64,000 nucleotides of DNA from an uncultured Methanosarcinales archaeon (lineage in GTDB: Archaea; Nanobdellota; Nanobdellia; Woesearchaeales; GW2011-AR9). Positions 45,385 to 54,637 of the stretch are shown here, piece by piece. The position numbers were made by a program, and so were the translations under genes. The DNA lies in contig CAZCGN010000001.1 of assembly GCA_964498285.1 (NCBI GenBank), forward strand, positions 444,681 through 508,680. Direction: 5' to 3'. Below the pieces are notes generated by a model. That model saw only the letters and a list, made by a program, of their open reading frames with translations, was not told the DNA's origin and did no database searches. Within the stretch, counting starts at the first letter, position 1. Each line of letters opens with the position of its first letter.

Positions 45385-46665
45385 CTAAATCCCAAAAAAT
45401 TCTTCTTGGCCCGGTTGCACTCTTGATGCATATGGTAAAAAGTCATCAGCCCAAGCTTTAACCGGTTCAACATCCCAGATAGTTTCGCCAAGCACCCGGT
45501 TTCCAACTTCTCCTAGCGCGTTTGAGAGCATAACTTCTCCTCTTCTCACTGACGCTTCAAGGTCACCTTGTGACATAAAATCATGGAAGTGACTCCTCCA
45601 ATTATCAAGGTTTCCATCAGCAGCCACAGCAGCTTCTTTTGCCTGATCAATTGCAGTGTATACGCCGTCTGCTCTACCTATCCCCCGCTGAATCTCTTTG
45701 TTTGATGGAAGGAGTACATGCTCCCCAGTTGGAAGCCTGTGAAGTATCATCAGGCGATTTTCATCCGGAGTGCATGCAAAGTCTGCGAGGACCATTCCAT
45801 TCAGGGTCATAGCGCCTTCAATTTTCCCATCAATATTCACAAGGCCCGCATCTCTAGCAAAAAGTCTTTGATCCTCTGCAATGTCTCCAACAAACTCTTC
45901 CCACTCATCATGTTCTTCCCTATCTAGTCCCATTCTCTCTCTAGTTTCTTCTCGAGAAATGTCTTGATCACCACCTATGTCGTACTTTGTTGTAAAGTTA
46001 AGGCGGACCTCTGGAAGCATGTGTCCTGGGTTTGGAACTTCAGTTAGGCCAAGCTCTTGTAAGTATCCTTCGAGCAGTGGAAATGCATCGAGCCCATTTC
46101 TTCTTACATCTGCTCGAATTTCGTCTAGTCCTGCAACCGTTTGCTCATATGTTGCAAGGGTTTCATATTGATCTTTTCTTCCAGCAAAGCCAAATATTTT
46201 TTTAAAAGAAGATGCACCTAAGGGTAAGCCAAATCTAAAGATTGACTCTGCATCAGCAACATAAACAGAAAGATCTCCCTGTGCAATAGCTGCGTGGTAC
46301 TGCGCAACATGCTCGGGATCACTGCTTTCAGGTTTATTAACTAAATCCATCATAATAATGTCACTGGTTTGTCCACGGCGCACTAGTTCATGTACAGTTA
46401 CAATATCTCCTTCTTCGCTTAACATTCCTCTGTATGTTGTTGGAAAACCAACGTCAGCTGCCGATTCCATATATGCTGCATTTCCCATAGCAAGAATCTC
46501 TCCTTTATTTGTGATATCTGTTTGAGGCATCAATCCTTTCAGGTCACCAAATGAACTTTTTCCTCCAACTTTCCAGCCTCCAAAACCCATTAAACTTGGC
46601 TGCGCAGGAAAATAATATCTTCCTGCAGCACTCTCATCACGAATTAAATCTTTTACACTTCCCAT
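45385..46665 (-). CDS. purC: SAICAR synthetase homologue (euryarchaeal long type), divergent
   Basis: MGSVKDL, I..KG, E.IFR..LP.G.S, TTK, DGKIE, D...TPDENR and KE..R. Confidence 0.8.
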   Translation of the reverse strand: MGSVKDLIRDESAAGRYYFPAQPSLMGFGGWKVGGKSSFGDLKGLMPQTDITNKGEILAMGNAAYMESAADVGFPTTYRGMLSEEGDIVTVHELVRRGQTSDIIMMDLVNKPESSDPEHVAQYHAAIAQGDLSVYVADAESIFRFGLPLGASSFKKIFGFAGRKDQYETLATYEQTVAGLDEIRADVRRNGLDAFPLLEGYLQELGLTEVPNPGHMLPEVRLNFTTKYDIGGDQDISREETRERMGLDREEHDEWEEFVGDIAEDQRLFARDAGLVNIDGKIEGAMTLNGMVLADFACTPDENRLMILHRLPTGEHVLLPSNKEIQRGIGRADGVYTAIDQAKEAAVAADGNLDNWRSHFHDFMSQGDLEASVRRGEVMLSNALGEVGNRVLGETIWDVEPVKAWADDFLPYASRVQPGQEEFFGI

Positions 46666-46667
46666 CT

Positions 46668-47504
46668 TTATCTTCCCACCTCAAATCCTTGATATGGCAT
46701 AGGTACGCCATCAACAAGCACCCGCCTCCATTTATCATGAAATTCTTTTGCTTCACTTAACGCAACTCTTCCTTGCGCAATCATCTGCAGTGCAGTTGTA
46801 AGTGCTGGCCAATCACTGAGGGTTTTTTGCCTTCCTTGGTGTGCATCTGTTAAAACACGCAGAGGATCATCTCCACTTTGGCAAGCAAGATCTTCTTGTC
46901 TAACAGTTTCTGCAACACTAACTCTCTGACCCATTGTAATGATTTCTCCCCTATCAACGCCCTCATCTACAAAAATAACTGATGATCGGGTATGACCTAC
47001 ATCATCATTGAGCGCATCATACACTGCATCAGGTCCGACATACTTTCTTTCATTATCCCCTGTTAATATAGAAAGATCAGCAGGATGCACGTTAATGATC
47101 CTATCTTCATACGCATCTAATATGGGTGCCTGAACAAGCCGCATCCAACCGCCTAACACAAGAAGATCAATTCTACCGTGTTCTCTTTCATGCCTTTGTA
47201 ATTTGTCCAATATAGCTTCGTTGTATAGAAGACTTCTTCTTCTATACTCTGCCATTGGGCCTTCATCGCCTGCAGCCAAAGCTTCTCGCGCTTTTTTCCC
47301 ACTACCACAAAATCTATATCCATTCAAAACTTCTTGGTCTATACCTGCAAGTTCATCTAACTCTAATAATCCTGCTTTTGGTTTGTCACACACGATAAGT
47401 TTTGGTCTGATAACTCCTGCACACTCACGTAGGTTAGTTCCACTACCTGAACCAAATCCTACCCAGTGGAAATCTTTGAACGCTCCATTGTATAATTGCT
47501 TCAT
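46668..47504 (-). CDS. purN: GAR transformylase-like formyltransferase
   Basis: GSGSGTN phosphate loop, LGGWMR, INVHP and VDEGVD.G.II. Confidence 0.85.
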   Translation of the reverse strand: MKQLYNGAFKDFHWVGFGSGSGTNLRECAGVIRPKLIVCDKPKAGLLELDELAGIDQEVLNGYRFCGSGKKAREALAAGDEGPMAEYRRRSLLYNEAILDKLQRHEREHGRIDLLVLGGWMRLVQAPILDAYEDRIINVHPADLSILTGDNERKYVGPDAVYDALNDDVGHTRSSVIFVDEGVDRGEIITMGQRVSVAETVRQEDLACQSGDDPLRVLTDAHQGRQKTLSDWPALTTALQMIAQGRVALSEAKEFHDKWRRVLVDGVPMPYQGFEVGR

Positions 47505-47515
47505 CTTCTTACCTG

Positions 47516-48982
47516 TTAACTTGCTTTTTTCATTCCATCAAACTCTACAACTTCACCATCATAAACGAGTCTTACTCCTGTTCTACCATCTCGTACTAAG
47601 GTTCCAACAACCTTTGCTTCATAGCCAAACTCTTCTGCAAGTTCAATTGCTCGAGCAGGATCACGTGTTGCAACAAATCCATCGTTGCCCATCGCCCAGG
47701 TCGCATACCCTGCTTGAATAGTTGAGCCTGCAGCATGTAACAAGTCAAGCTCACGCCTGTCTGGTTCAAATAATCTATCCTCAAGATCTACAAATAACCT
47801 TTCTTTGGCAAGTAACGCTGCAAGTTTCCCATCATACGCACCACCACTCATATGGTATACACTCGTTGCAACACCTTGCGCTACTGCTTCCATAAAGAAG
47901 GGGTACAAGATTTCAGATGGCGCTCCAAGATATTGCATTAAATCCCTTCCTTCTGCAGTTTCATGCCATTCTTGGCCTTCATACTCTGCCCACTCTTTTC
48001 CAAGAAGTTTAGCAGCAGCACGTCTAGCAGAAATACCATTAGACCGCGGATTAGGATTGCTAGGATTTCTCAGTGCAACAAGAACATCACCTTCCTGTGG
48101 TGCAAGTGGGTTTGCTAGTCTTTCTTCATGAAGTAAACATACTGCTGAACCACCAATGTTAAATGCAGGAGCTTGACCATCGTAACTCCGTAAACGACCA
48201 CCAACATTCTCAAACTGAAGAGCGTAGACTGCACCCAATCTTTCACCAATTTCTCGTGCTCTTTCTAGCATAACTTCTTCTGGGATGGACCCGCTGTATT
48301 CAACAACATCAGCTACAACCATAACTTTAGCTCCACTTTTTGCACTGTCATCAACAAGCATTGCAGCTGCTCCATGTAAACTAAGTTCTGGCATTCCCAT
48401 ACGTTGGTGGACCATTCCTTTTGTTCCAATTCCATCGGAATTGATTGTCACAAGCTTTCCTTCATGATCGAATGTAACGTATGTGACTCCTTCATGTTCC
48501 ACAGCGCCTAATTCTACTGCCTCACTTTTCGGTATCATGCTTATCATTGTTCCAGAAATATTTGCTCTTGTTTGCACAAGATCTCCTAAAATTGCATTCT
48601 CACCATTCAGAATTGCTACTCCATGATAATTTGATCTTGCAACCATGGCGCTTGCTATATCTTCAAGCATAGCATTATCTCCTTGAGGAGAATCAATAAC
48701 ATTGCCAAATCCGATTGGTGTTGCACCAATACGTTCTGCTTGATCAACTAACCTATCAACAAGGGATGCTGCGTGTTTCACTGGATCGCGTTCGTCAACA
48801 TCTCCCGATGCTGAGTGAACAATTACGTAATGGTCTTCTGGAATGCGCACTCCAACCTGATCATGAGTCATATCAACTAACGAAGAATTTCTCCATGTGC
48901 CGATCGTCTCTCTTTTTAGAATATCAGAGCCATCATCACCTGTTCGTATGTAATCCTCAATATAGGCATCAAGAATTCCCAT
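47516..48982 (-). CDS. purM: PurM (AIR synthetase)-family protein with duplicated N-terminal domain
   Basis: The first N-domain has GATP..F..LNGENA and the second has DGIGTK and AMLVDD. The C-domain has GDVLVAL, RSNG, HMSGG and W.MG. Confidence 0.75.
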   Translation of the reverse strand: MGILDAYIEDYIRTGDDGSDILKRETIGTWRNSSLVDMTHDQVGVRIPEDHYVIVHSASGDVDERDPVKHAASLVDRLVDQAERIGATPIGFGNVIDSPQGDNAMLEDIASAMVARSNYHGVAILNGENAILGDLVQTRANISGTMISMIPKSEAVELGAVEHEGVTYVTFDHEGKLVTINSDGIGTKGMVHQRMGMPELSLHGAAAMLVDDSAKSGAKVMVVADVVEYSGSIPEEVMLERAREIGERLGAVYALQFENVGGRLRSYDGQAPAFNIGGSAVCLLHEERLANPLAPQEGDVLVALRNPSNPNPRSNGISARRAAAKLLGKEWAEYEGQEWHETAEGRDLMQYLGAPSEILYPFFMEAVAQGVATSVYHMSGGAYDGKLAALLAKERLFVDLEDRLFEPDRRELDLLHAAGSTIQAGYATWAMGNDGFVATRDPARAIELAEEFGYEAKVVGTLVRDGRTGVRLVYDGEVVEFDGMKKAS

Positions 48983-50506
48983 CTAGCTTACACCTACATA
49001 TGCTCTTGCTTTTGCAATATTACTTGCAGCACGTTGCGGTGCAAACCCAGTGTATTCTTCAAGTTCACCACGTAAGATTCGTTGTTTTCGATCATCTAAA
49101 GAGCCAAACACACGCGCAAACGGAGCATCTTGCATCGCAACTTCCAAAAGCCCTTGACCGAAGGTCCGTGCTGCTTTCGCCATCTCTTTTACAAAGTCAT
49201 GCCCCACTCCATATTGGGGATGTACCCATTGTTCTCCGCGCAAAATAGTTACCATAGCCTCAGTAGGACTTCTTCGAACCGGTTCAAGGTTTGCTGCCAT
49301 CCTGTCAAGATTAATTGACCAATCCCCTACAATCCTATCAAAACGCGAGAATGTTTCATATGCTTCAACTAACATTGCATGTGGCTGATAGCGCGCTGGT
49401 TTTGAGTTCCGTAAATCTCGCTGCAAGTCTGTTTGTAAGAGTTCATATAAAACTGCCATCCCCGCTTTCATGAGCGGTACTGTTCCACAAATATTTTCTA
49501 AATGAATTGGATTATTTTTTCCAGCATCTGCGCTTGAACCACCAAGTCTTGCAGCATTAGCGCGCGATGTTACTTCACCTATCGCCGAAGAGTATAACAA
49601 ACGCATATCATTTGCCAAGTCTGCTAGGACCATTACAAGGGTAGTAAGAGAATTCCCAACATCAACAAGTCTCTCTTTTTGTGTAACTTGTGTTGCAGTC
49701 TCATCAGGTAGAAGGCCAAGCCTTGCAAGAGCTTTTCTCTCAAAATCAAGTCCTTTTCCATAACCAATTACCATCTCAATTCCAGCACCGGTTCCGACAA
49801 TCCCCGAAACTTTACCACGCAGATCTCCGATTGCAATATCACATTTTTGTGCTCTTTCTGTAAGTCTTGCAGCATAACTTGCAAGAGTTGCACCAAACGG
49901 AACAGGAGAAGTATTCTGAAGATGTGTTCGTCCAACTTGCAGATATTCTAATGAATCCTCTGCCATGGCAGCTAATTTTTCAATACTTTCGTGAATTTTA
50001 GGACTGATGACCTCGTTCCATGCTCGCTGTATCATCCAAGCTCTTGCTGTATCAAGAATATCGTATGAGGTTGTTCCAGGATGCAAGAGTGCCTTAGTTT
50101 CAGCAGAAACATGCCTTCCTATTTCATCGATCACTGCAAGTTGATCATGGTGAGTAATTTGCCTTTCTATTAGAAGCATATTAAGTGGGCTTATTCTTCT
50201 AAGTGCTCTGCGAACTTCACGAACATGTCTATCCTCAGCTTGCCCAAATTCTGCGCGTGTTTGCAACAAAACATATTGGACTTGTGCACAAGCCCTAAGT
50301 TCTGCTTCATAACTTAAATGTTCTCGTAATTCCCCAGTTGTTCTTGTATATCGAGCATCATCCGGAGAAATACCTTGTAACAACTGCTTTTCACGCCACC
50401 GTTCATGCCAACGAAGCTTACCAACCAGATCTAATTCGCGATCAGCTCCTCTCCTCATAACTCGCCTTATAGCATCTCTAAGAATAGGAGGGATATCATT
50501 ACGCAT
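48983..50506 (-). CDS. purB: Adenylosuccinate lyase homologue, divergent
   Basis: SPDDARY, THHD, H.GTTS.DI.DTA, GRTHLQ and fumarase-family loop GSS....K.NP...E. ATG 50506 fits TATA spacing. Confidence 0.85.
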   Translation of the reverse strand: MRNDIPPILRDAIRRVMRRGADRELDLVGKLRWHERWREKQLLQGISPDDARYTRTTGELREHLSYEAELRACAQVQYVLLQTRAEFGQAEDRHVREVRRALRRISPLNMLLIERQITHHDQLAVIDEIGRHVSAETKALLHPGTTSYDILDTARAWMIQRAWNEVISPKIHESIEKLAAMAEDSLEYLQVGRTHLQNTSPVPFGATLASYAARLTERAQKCDIAIGDLRGKVSGIVGTGAGIEMVIGYGKGLDFERKALARLGLLPDETATQVTQKERLVDVGNSLTTLVMVLADLANDMRLLYSSAIGEVTSRANAARLGGSSADAGKNNPIHLENICGTVPLMKAGMAVLYELLQTDLQRDLRNSKPARYQPHAMLVEAYETFSRFDRIVGDWSINLDRMAANLEPVRRSPTEAMVTILRGEQWVHPQYGVGHDFVKEMAKAARTFGQGLLEVAMQDAPFARVFGSLDDRKQRILRGELEEYTGFAPQRAASNIAKARAYVGVS

Positions 50507-50572
50507 ACTAAAAGAATACAAAATACCTTTAAAACCATTTATCGCCTAAAACATAACTACTAGAAGCACTAC

Positions 50573-51319
50573 TTAATCATTATCCACGCGAGGCGCTAAG
50601 ATAAAACTAAGTGCCACCCGGTCGATCACTTTGTATTCGATTTTTAATGGGTAGTCAGTGTTAAAACTTACAGAAACCTTATCAGAAATCTTTGAGCCGT
50701 TCATCATTTTACGTAAATATTCAAGCGAGTATTTCCCTTTGAATTTATCTTCAGAATCAGTTTTAATAGAAGTATTCTCATCGTTTTTAATTTCGATGAA
50801 TGCTTTTGATAAATCTCCTTGCGCTTTGACAAGCAATTCATTCTTATCACCAAGAAGGGTCACGGATTCAGCAACAACACTCACATCTTCTACACTTTCA
50901 GTTAAAAGAGATGACGCCATCTCAACGGTAATTGGAAATGAGAGCTCGGGAACACGCTGCTCACGATCATCAAGTTCAAGTAAAGGCAGAGAAAATGAAC
51001 GTGTTGTTTTTCCTTTAAGTTGTACTGTAAGTTTACTATCTTCGGTTGTCTCTAAACTTAGAACATCATCACTCTTTACACGCCGTAAGATCTGTTTAAG
51101 GTTTGCTAAACTTACTGTTACTTCTTCTGAACCGCTTACAGAATATTCTACAAAACAACTTGAAAGAATTTTAAGGATGACCATAGCTACATTAGCAGGA
51201 TCCATTGCAACCATTTCAAGTCCGTCAGTAGTTGCTTTGAATTTTACTTCATTTACAAGTTCTGAAGCTATAGAAATGCTATCTTTGAAATGTTTAGAAT
51301 CTGCTAAGACTAGTTTCAT
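50573..51319 (-). CDS. pcn: PCNA sliding clamp
   Basis: AMDPANVAMV, YSLEYL, YPL and ILAPR. Confidence 0.96.
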   Translation of the reverse strand: MKLVLADSKHFKDSISIASELVNEVKFKATTDGLEMVAMDPANVAMVILKILSSCFVEYSVSGSEEVTVSLANLKQILRRVKSDDVLSLETTEDSKLTVQLKGKTTRSFSLPLLELDDREQRVPELSFPITVEMASSLLTESVEDVSVVAESVTLLGDKNELLVKAQGDLSKAFIEIKNDENTSIKTDSEDKFKGKYSLEYLRKMMNGSKISDKVSVSFNTDYPLKIEYKVIDRVALSFILAPRVDND

Positions 51320-51459
51320 GCGTTTTTCACCCTCACAAGGGATTTTGACTAATCCTAATTTATAAGATTTGCTGTTGTTGAGTGGTTATATATAGTCTTG
51401 GGCGGATCCTAAGTGTCCTGAAAAGATAAATTTAAATATCCTTAGATTCTAACTGGCAC

Positions 51460-51825
51460 ATGGAAAATAATTTTAATCAAAGGGATTTCAAACAACTCAA
51501 AAAAGATATAAGGAGAATTCTATCTGAACAAGTGAGCTTAAAAGTTGGCAACCATGTCCGTACTAGAATGTCAAACAGGACCGGGTCAATTATATTATTC
51601 CAAGTACTTGACGGTTGGGTTAGTTCTGGGAGATTATTGGTCCTTAAGCTATCTGTGGAAAGAGCAGGCAACCGTGTAATAGTTTTGGGAGCAAATATCG
51701 AGTATCACAGTGATAATAAGCATGATAATAGGATCTTTAACAAGGCGTTTGATGGAACTCTTGCCGCTTCTCTAAAAAACATACTTCCTGTGGTTATCAC
51801 ATTCGACAGGCCATCATCTCGGTGA
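51460..51825 (+). CDS. Hypothetical protein
   Basis: 121-aa ORF filling the gap, with a TATA-like TTTAAATA about 22 nt upstream. Confidence 0.55.
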   Translation: MENNFNQRDFKQLKKDIRRILSEQVSLKVGNHVRTRMSNRTGSIILFQVLDGWVSSGRLLVLKLSVERAGNRVIVLGANIEYHSDNKHDNRIFNKAFDGTLAASLKNILPVVITFDRPSSR

Positions 51826-51826
51826 T

Positions 51827-53158
51827 CTACAACTTCAGCCGTTTCCCATCTTGCATTACATGTGTCTTTTTGAAACCCAATTGTGCTGCTAATTCGGCAA
51901 GCATCTTTGCTTTCTCATTTTCTGCATGAATTGGCATGATAGCTTTTGGCCTCACTAATTCAATCATATCTCTGTGATCTTCTCGCGCCCCATGACCCGA
52001 CACATGCACATCCTGAAAAATACGAACATTTTTGCGACGAAGAGCTATCTCCAACTTTTCCCGGTTTTTCTTATTTATCTCAACAGGGATAACATTACAG
52101 CTGAAAACAACAATATCGCCACTATCAAACTTATATGGCAGCTCGCCCCGCGACATTCTTGATAACACTGCGCGAGGTTCACCCTGATGGCCAGTACAGA
52201 CAATCAAGTATTTGTCTTTCCCTTCACGCTGAATTTTTTCGAGCATTTTAATGACTTTATCACGATAGCGAACAATAGTTACTTCATTACTATAATTCAC
52301 AAGATTAATTCGTTCAGCTGCTGTTACGTATTTTTCAAGCGACCTGCCGATAAACACAATTTTTCGATTTAATTTCTTCCCCATATCAACAATACTTTTT
52401 AGTCGAGCCAAATGGGAGGAAAATGTTGTCACAATCATTCCTTTACCTTTAGAATTCACGCCAAGCATCACATCTTTAAGCATTTGCCTAGCAACACTTT
52501 CGGATGGACATTTTCTATGTGCATGTGCATACAAACAATTCATGATCATTAAATCTACGCCTTCTTTTCCAATAGCTTCTAGGCGCGCATAATTCGGCTT
52601 TTTACCAACAACTGGATGGTCGTCAAGTTTGAAATCATTGACGTACATAATTTTTCCATAGGGTGTGTGCACAACAACAACTGCAGTATGAAGAATCGAA
52701 TGAGTAATATTAACAAACTCAATTGTTATTTTTTCTGTAAGTTTGTATGATGAGTTAAGATTTTGTGCGATAAGTTTGTTTGGAAGTTTCATCTTCTCAT
52801 CATGTAAGATGCTTCGCAAAATTTCTATGGTATATGGTGTTGAGATGATTGGTGCGTTTGGAAAAAGAGAAGCACAGAATGGTGCTGCACCGACATGGTC
52901 CAAATGACCATGTGATGGAACAATTGCAATCACATTCTCTTTCCAATCATTGATGAATCTGTAGTCTGGAACAGCATGAACTCTGAGAAGTTGTGTGTAA
53001 TTTTTATTAGAAACATCTTCACAGTCTTCAGAGTACCTGATATAATCCTCCATAGAAAGGCCCATATCAAGCAAGATCACTTCATCATCAACTTTAATTG
53101 CAACTGAATTTCCTTCAGTGCGAGAAAATCCACCAATTGCACATACTTCTAAACCCAT
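51827..53158 (-). CDS. rnj: Ribonuclease J (archaeal beta-CASP)
   Basis: LDMG, SHGHLDHVG, HSI, DFK.D, TTFSSH, TGHQGEP, HVSGH and PIH. Confidence 0.93.
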   Translation of the reverse strand: MGLEVCAIGGFSRTEGNSVAIKVDDEVILLDMGLSMEDYIRYSEDCEDVSNKNYTQLLRVHAVPDYRFINDWKENVIAIVPSHGHLDHVGAAPFCASLFPNAPIISTPYTIEILRSILHDEKMKLPNKLIAQNLNSSYKLTEKITIEFVNITHSILHTAVVVVHTPYGKIMYVNDFKLDDHPVVGKKPNYARLEAIGKEGVDLMIMNCLYAHAHRKCPSESVARQMLKDVMLGVNSKGKGMIVTTFSSHLARLKSIVDMGKKLNRKIVFIGRSLEKYVTAAERINLVNYSNEVTIVRYRDKVIKMLEKIQREGKDKYLIVCTGHQGEPRAVLSRMSRGELPYKFDSGDIVVFSCNVIPVEINKKNREKLEIALRRKNVRIFQDVHVSGHGAREDHRDMIELVRPKAIMPIHAENEKAKMLAELAAQLGFKKTHVMQDGKRLKL

Positions 53159-53250
53159 GAAATAAAAAGGATATTTTAGAGTATAAAAATGTGGTGGTTT
53201 GAATTATTTTAGAGAGATAATATTATATATGTGGGACTCATAAAAACATC

Positions 53251-53679
53251 ATGGGTTGGCTTTTAAAAAATAAGTATGAGAAGTTTTATGCCGAGCTTGT
53301 TGCAATATGTAAGGCAGCATTTGAATATGCCCAACTTGAAATAAAGGAAATTCCTGGGCGCAGAAGGAGACGTCGGCAGACCGAAGCAAGGTTTCATTTG
53401 ACATTTCAAGCTCATTTTGATTCGAGTTTCAATTCTTACGAGACAAAACTTCTCAAAAGACTCTTGAGAGTAGTTGATATAAGGTCAGACAATGATGTTA
53501 ATGCGGCGTATAATGATCTGATTAAAGCACGCGATCGTTATTTTGAAGAGCTCTTTGCTAAGGAAGAAGAGTTTGTTGATAAAGTCCTAGCGGCGCGGTT
53601 CGATGAGAACTCTGAGTTCAACAAAAAATTGCCCAGTGAGCTAGCAAATGCTGTTTCCCCAAAAATTCTTGAATCATAA
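53251..53679 (+). CDS. Hypothetical helical protein
   Basis: 142-aa ORF with a TATA-like TTATATA about 21 nt upstream. Confidence 0.55.
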   Translation: MGWLLKNKYEKFYAELVAICKAAFEYAQLEIKEIPGRRRRRRQTEARFHLTFQAHFDSSFNSYETKLLKRLLRVVDIRSDNDVNAAYNDLIKARDRYFEELFAKEEEFVDKVLAARFDENSEFNKKLPSELANAVSPKILES

Positions 53680-53683
53680 AATA

Positions 53684-53798
53684 TGTGCGCGGCAGGTTTC
53701 GAACCTGCGTAGGCACTAAGCCAATGGATTACTTAATCTGAGATTGTATTAATACTCACTTTTGAGTCCATCCCGTTTGACCACTCCGGCACGCGCAC
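53684..53798 (-). tRNA. tRNA-Leu(CAA) with a 31-nt intron at position 37/38 (intron 53730-53760)
   Basis: On the minus strand: acceptor GTGCGCG/CGCGCAC, D loop GAGTGGTCAAA, ATGGA-CT-CAA-A[intron]A-TCCAT, a long variable arm, GCAGG-TTCGAAA-CCTGC and discriminator A. Confidence 0.9.
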
Positions 53799-53851
53799 AT
53801 AGAAGAAAGCAGAAGCTATATGTTTTATAAATTTAATTAAAAGAAAATAAC

Positions 53852-54388
53852 CTAATTCAAACCTTTCAACTGCTTTTCAATGTCCTTAAGTTGCCCTTCA
53901 AGGTCGTCAAGTTCAGAATGTTCTTTTGGTTTAACTGGCGTATCAGGCATTTTGATTGCAGCTTTTGCAAATGCCTGAGGATTAGGAAAACTACTTTTTG
54001 CAGCAGGAGCACCTAAAGATATTCGCGGTTTAATTTCATGGTCGCTCATCGGTTTTGGCGCTTGCCTTTGAATAGCATCCAGTTTGCCTTGTGGTAAATA
54101 TACTCTTAATTTAGAATTAACTAAGGAGTTCAACTCTTTTGTATGCTCTTTAAGTTGCGAGAAGGCTTCAACTTTTTCTTCCTGAACTTTTACAAACTGC
54201 TCGTACGATTGCATAAACAAGATAACTTCTCTGAGTGCTTCAAGCAAATCACGACGAAGCGCAGTGGGCTCTCCTACTTGGACCATATAATCTGGCTCCT
54301 TTACTTTTTTTGGAGCAGGAGTTCTAGTCTTGTGCGAGGAACTTTTTTTCCTTTTACGTGTCGTTTTCTTTTTTTTACGTGCAACCAT
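53852..54388 (-). CDS. Hypothetical coiled-coil protein with basic N-terminus
   Basis: K/R-rich start, YMVQV strand then two long helices, a Pro-rich linker and a C-terminal ELDDLEGQLKDIEKQLKGL helix. ATG 54388. Confidence 0.7.
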   Translation of the reverse strand: MVARKKKKTTRKRKKSSSHKTRTPAPKKVKEPDYMVQVGEPTALRRDLLEALREVILFMQSYEQFVKVQEEKVEAFSQLKEHTKELNSLVNSKLRVYLPQGKLDAIQRQAPKPMSDHEIKPRISLGAPAAKSSFPNPQAFAKAAIKMPDTPVKPKEHSELDDLEGQLKDIEKQLKGLN

Positions 54389-54398
54389 TGTATGATGT

Positions 54399-54626
54399 TT
54401 AATAATGCTGTGGTTCACTTAAGGTATGCTTAATGAACTCAACTTTCTTCTCAATATCAGCAAGACCATTTTGCCATTGCTCAACAAGATGATCTTCTTC
54501 ATTTTTCAGATCATTAATTCTAAGTAATGTATCTTTGGCATCTTCAAGCTTGCGATCAATAACTTGCATCAATTCAAGCACTTCTTTGTATTCTTCTACT
54601 TTGACAAAAACTGGCATCCCATTCAT
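54399..54626 (-). CDS. Small helical-hairpin protein (PVFVKVEEY motif)
   Basis: A beta strand plus two heptad helices. GGTGA SD before ATG 54626. Confidence 0.75.
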   Translation of the reverse strand: MNGMPVFVKVEEYKEVLELMQVIDRKLEDAKDTLLRINDLKNEEDHLVEQWQNGLADIEKKVEFIKHTLSEPQHY

Positions 54627-54637
54627 TTGTATCACCT

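Noticed and set aside
45385..50506. Direct call of a Z-base (2-aminoadenine) pathway
   Set aside because: No PurA/PurZ homologue or MazZ is present in the window, so it is kept only as an analogy.
50658..51365. 235-aa plus-strand ORF
   Set aside because: It is a Ser-rich antisense shadow of PCNA. The same applies to the many other short overlapping ORFs in the track.
43760..53798. Integrated element at the tRNA-Leu 3' end carrying the pur/HD island
   Set aside because: No integrase or duplicated tRNA 3' end (att site) was seen, and the core genes pcn and rnj lie in between.
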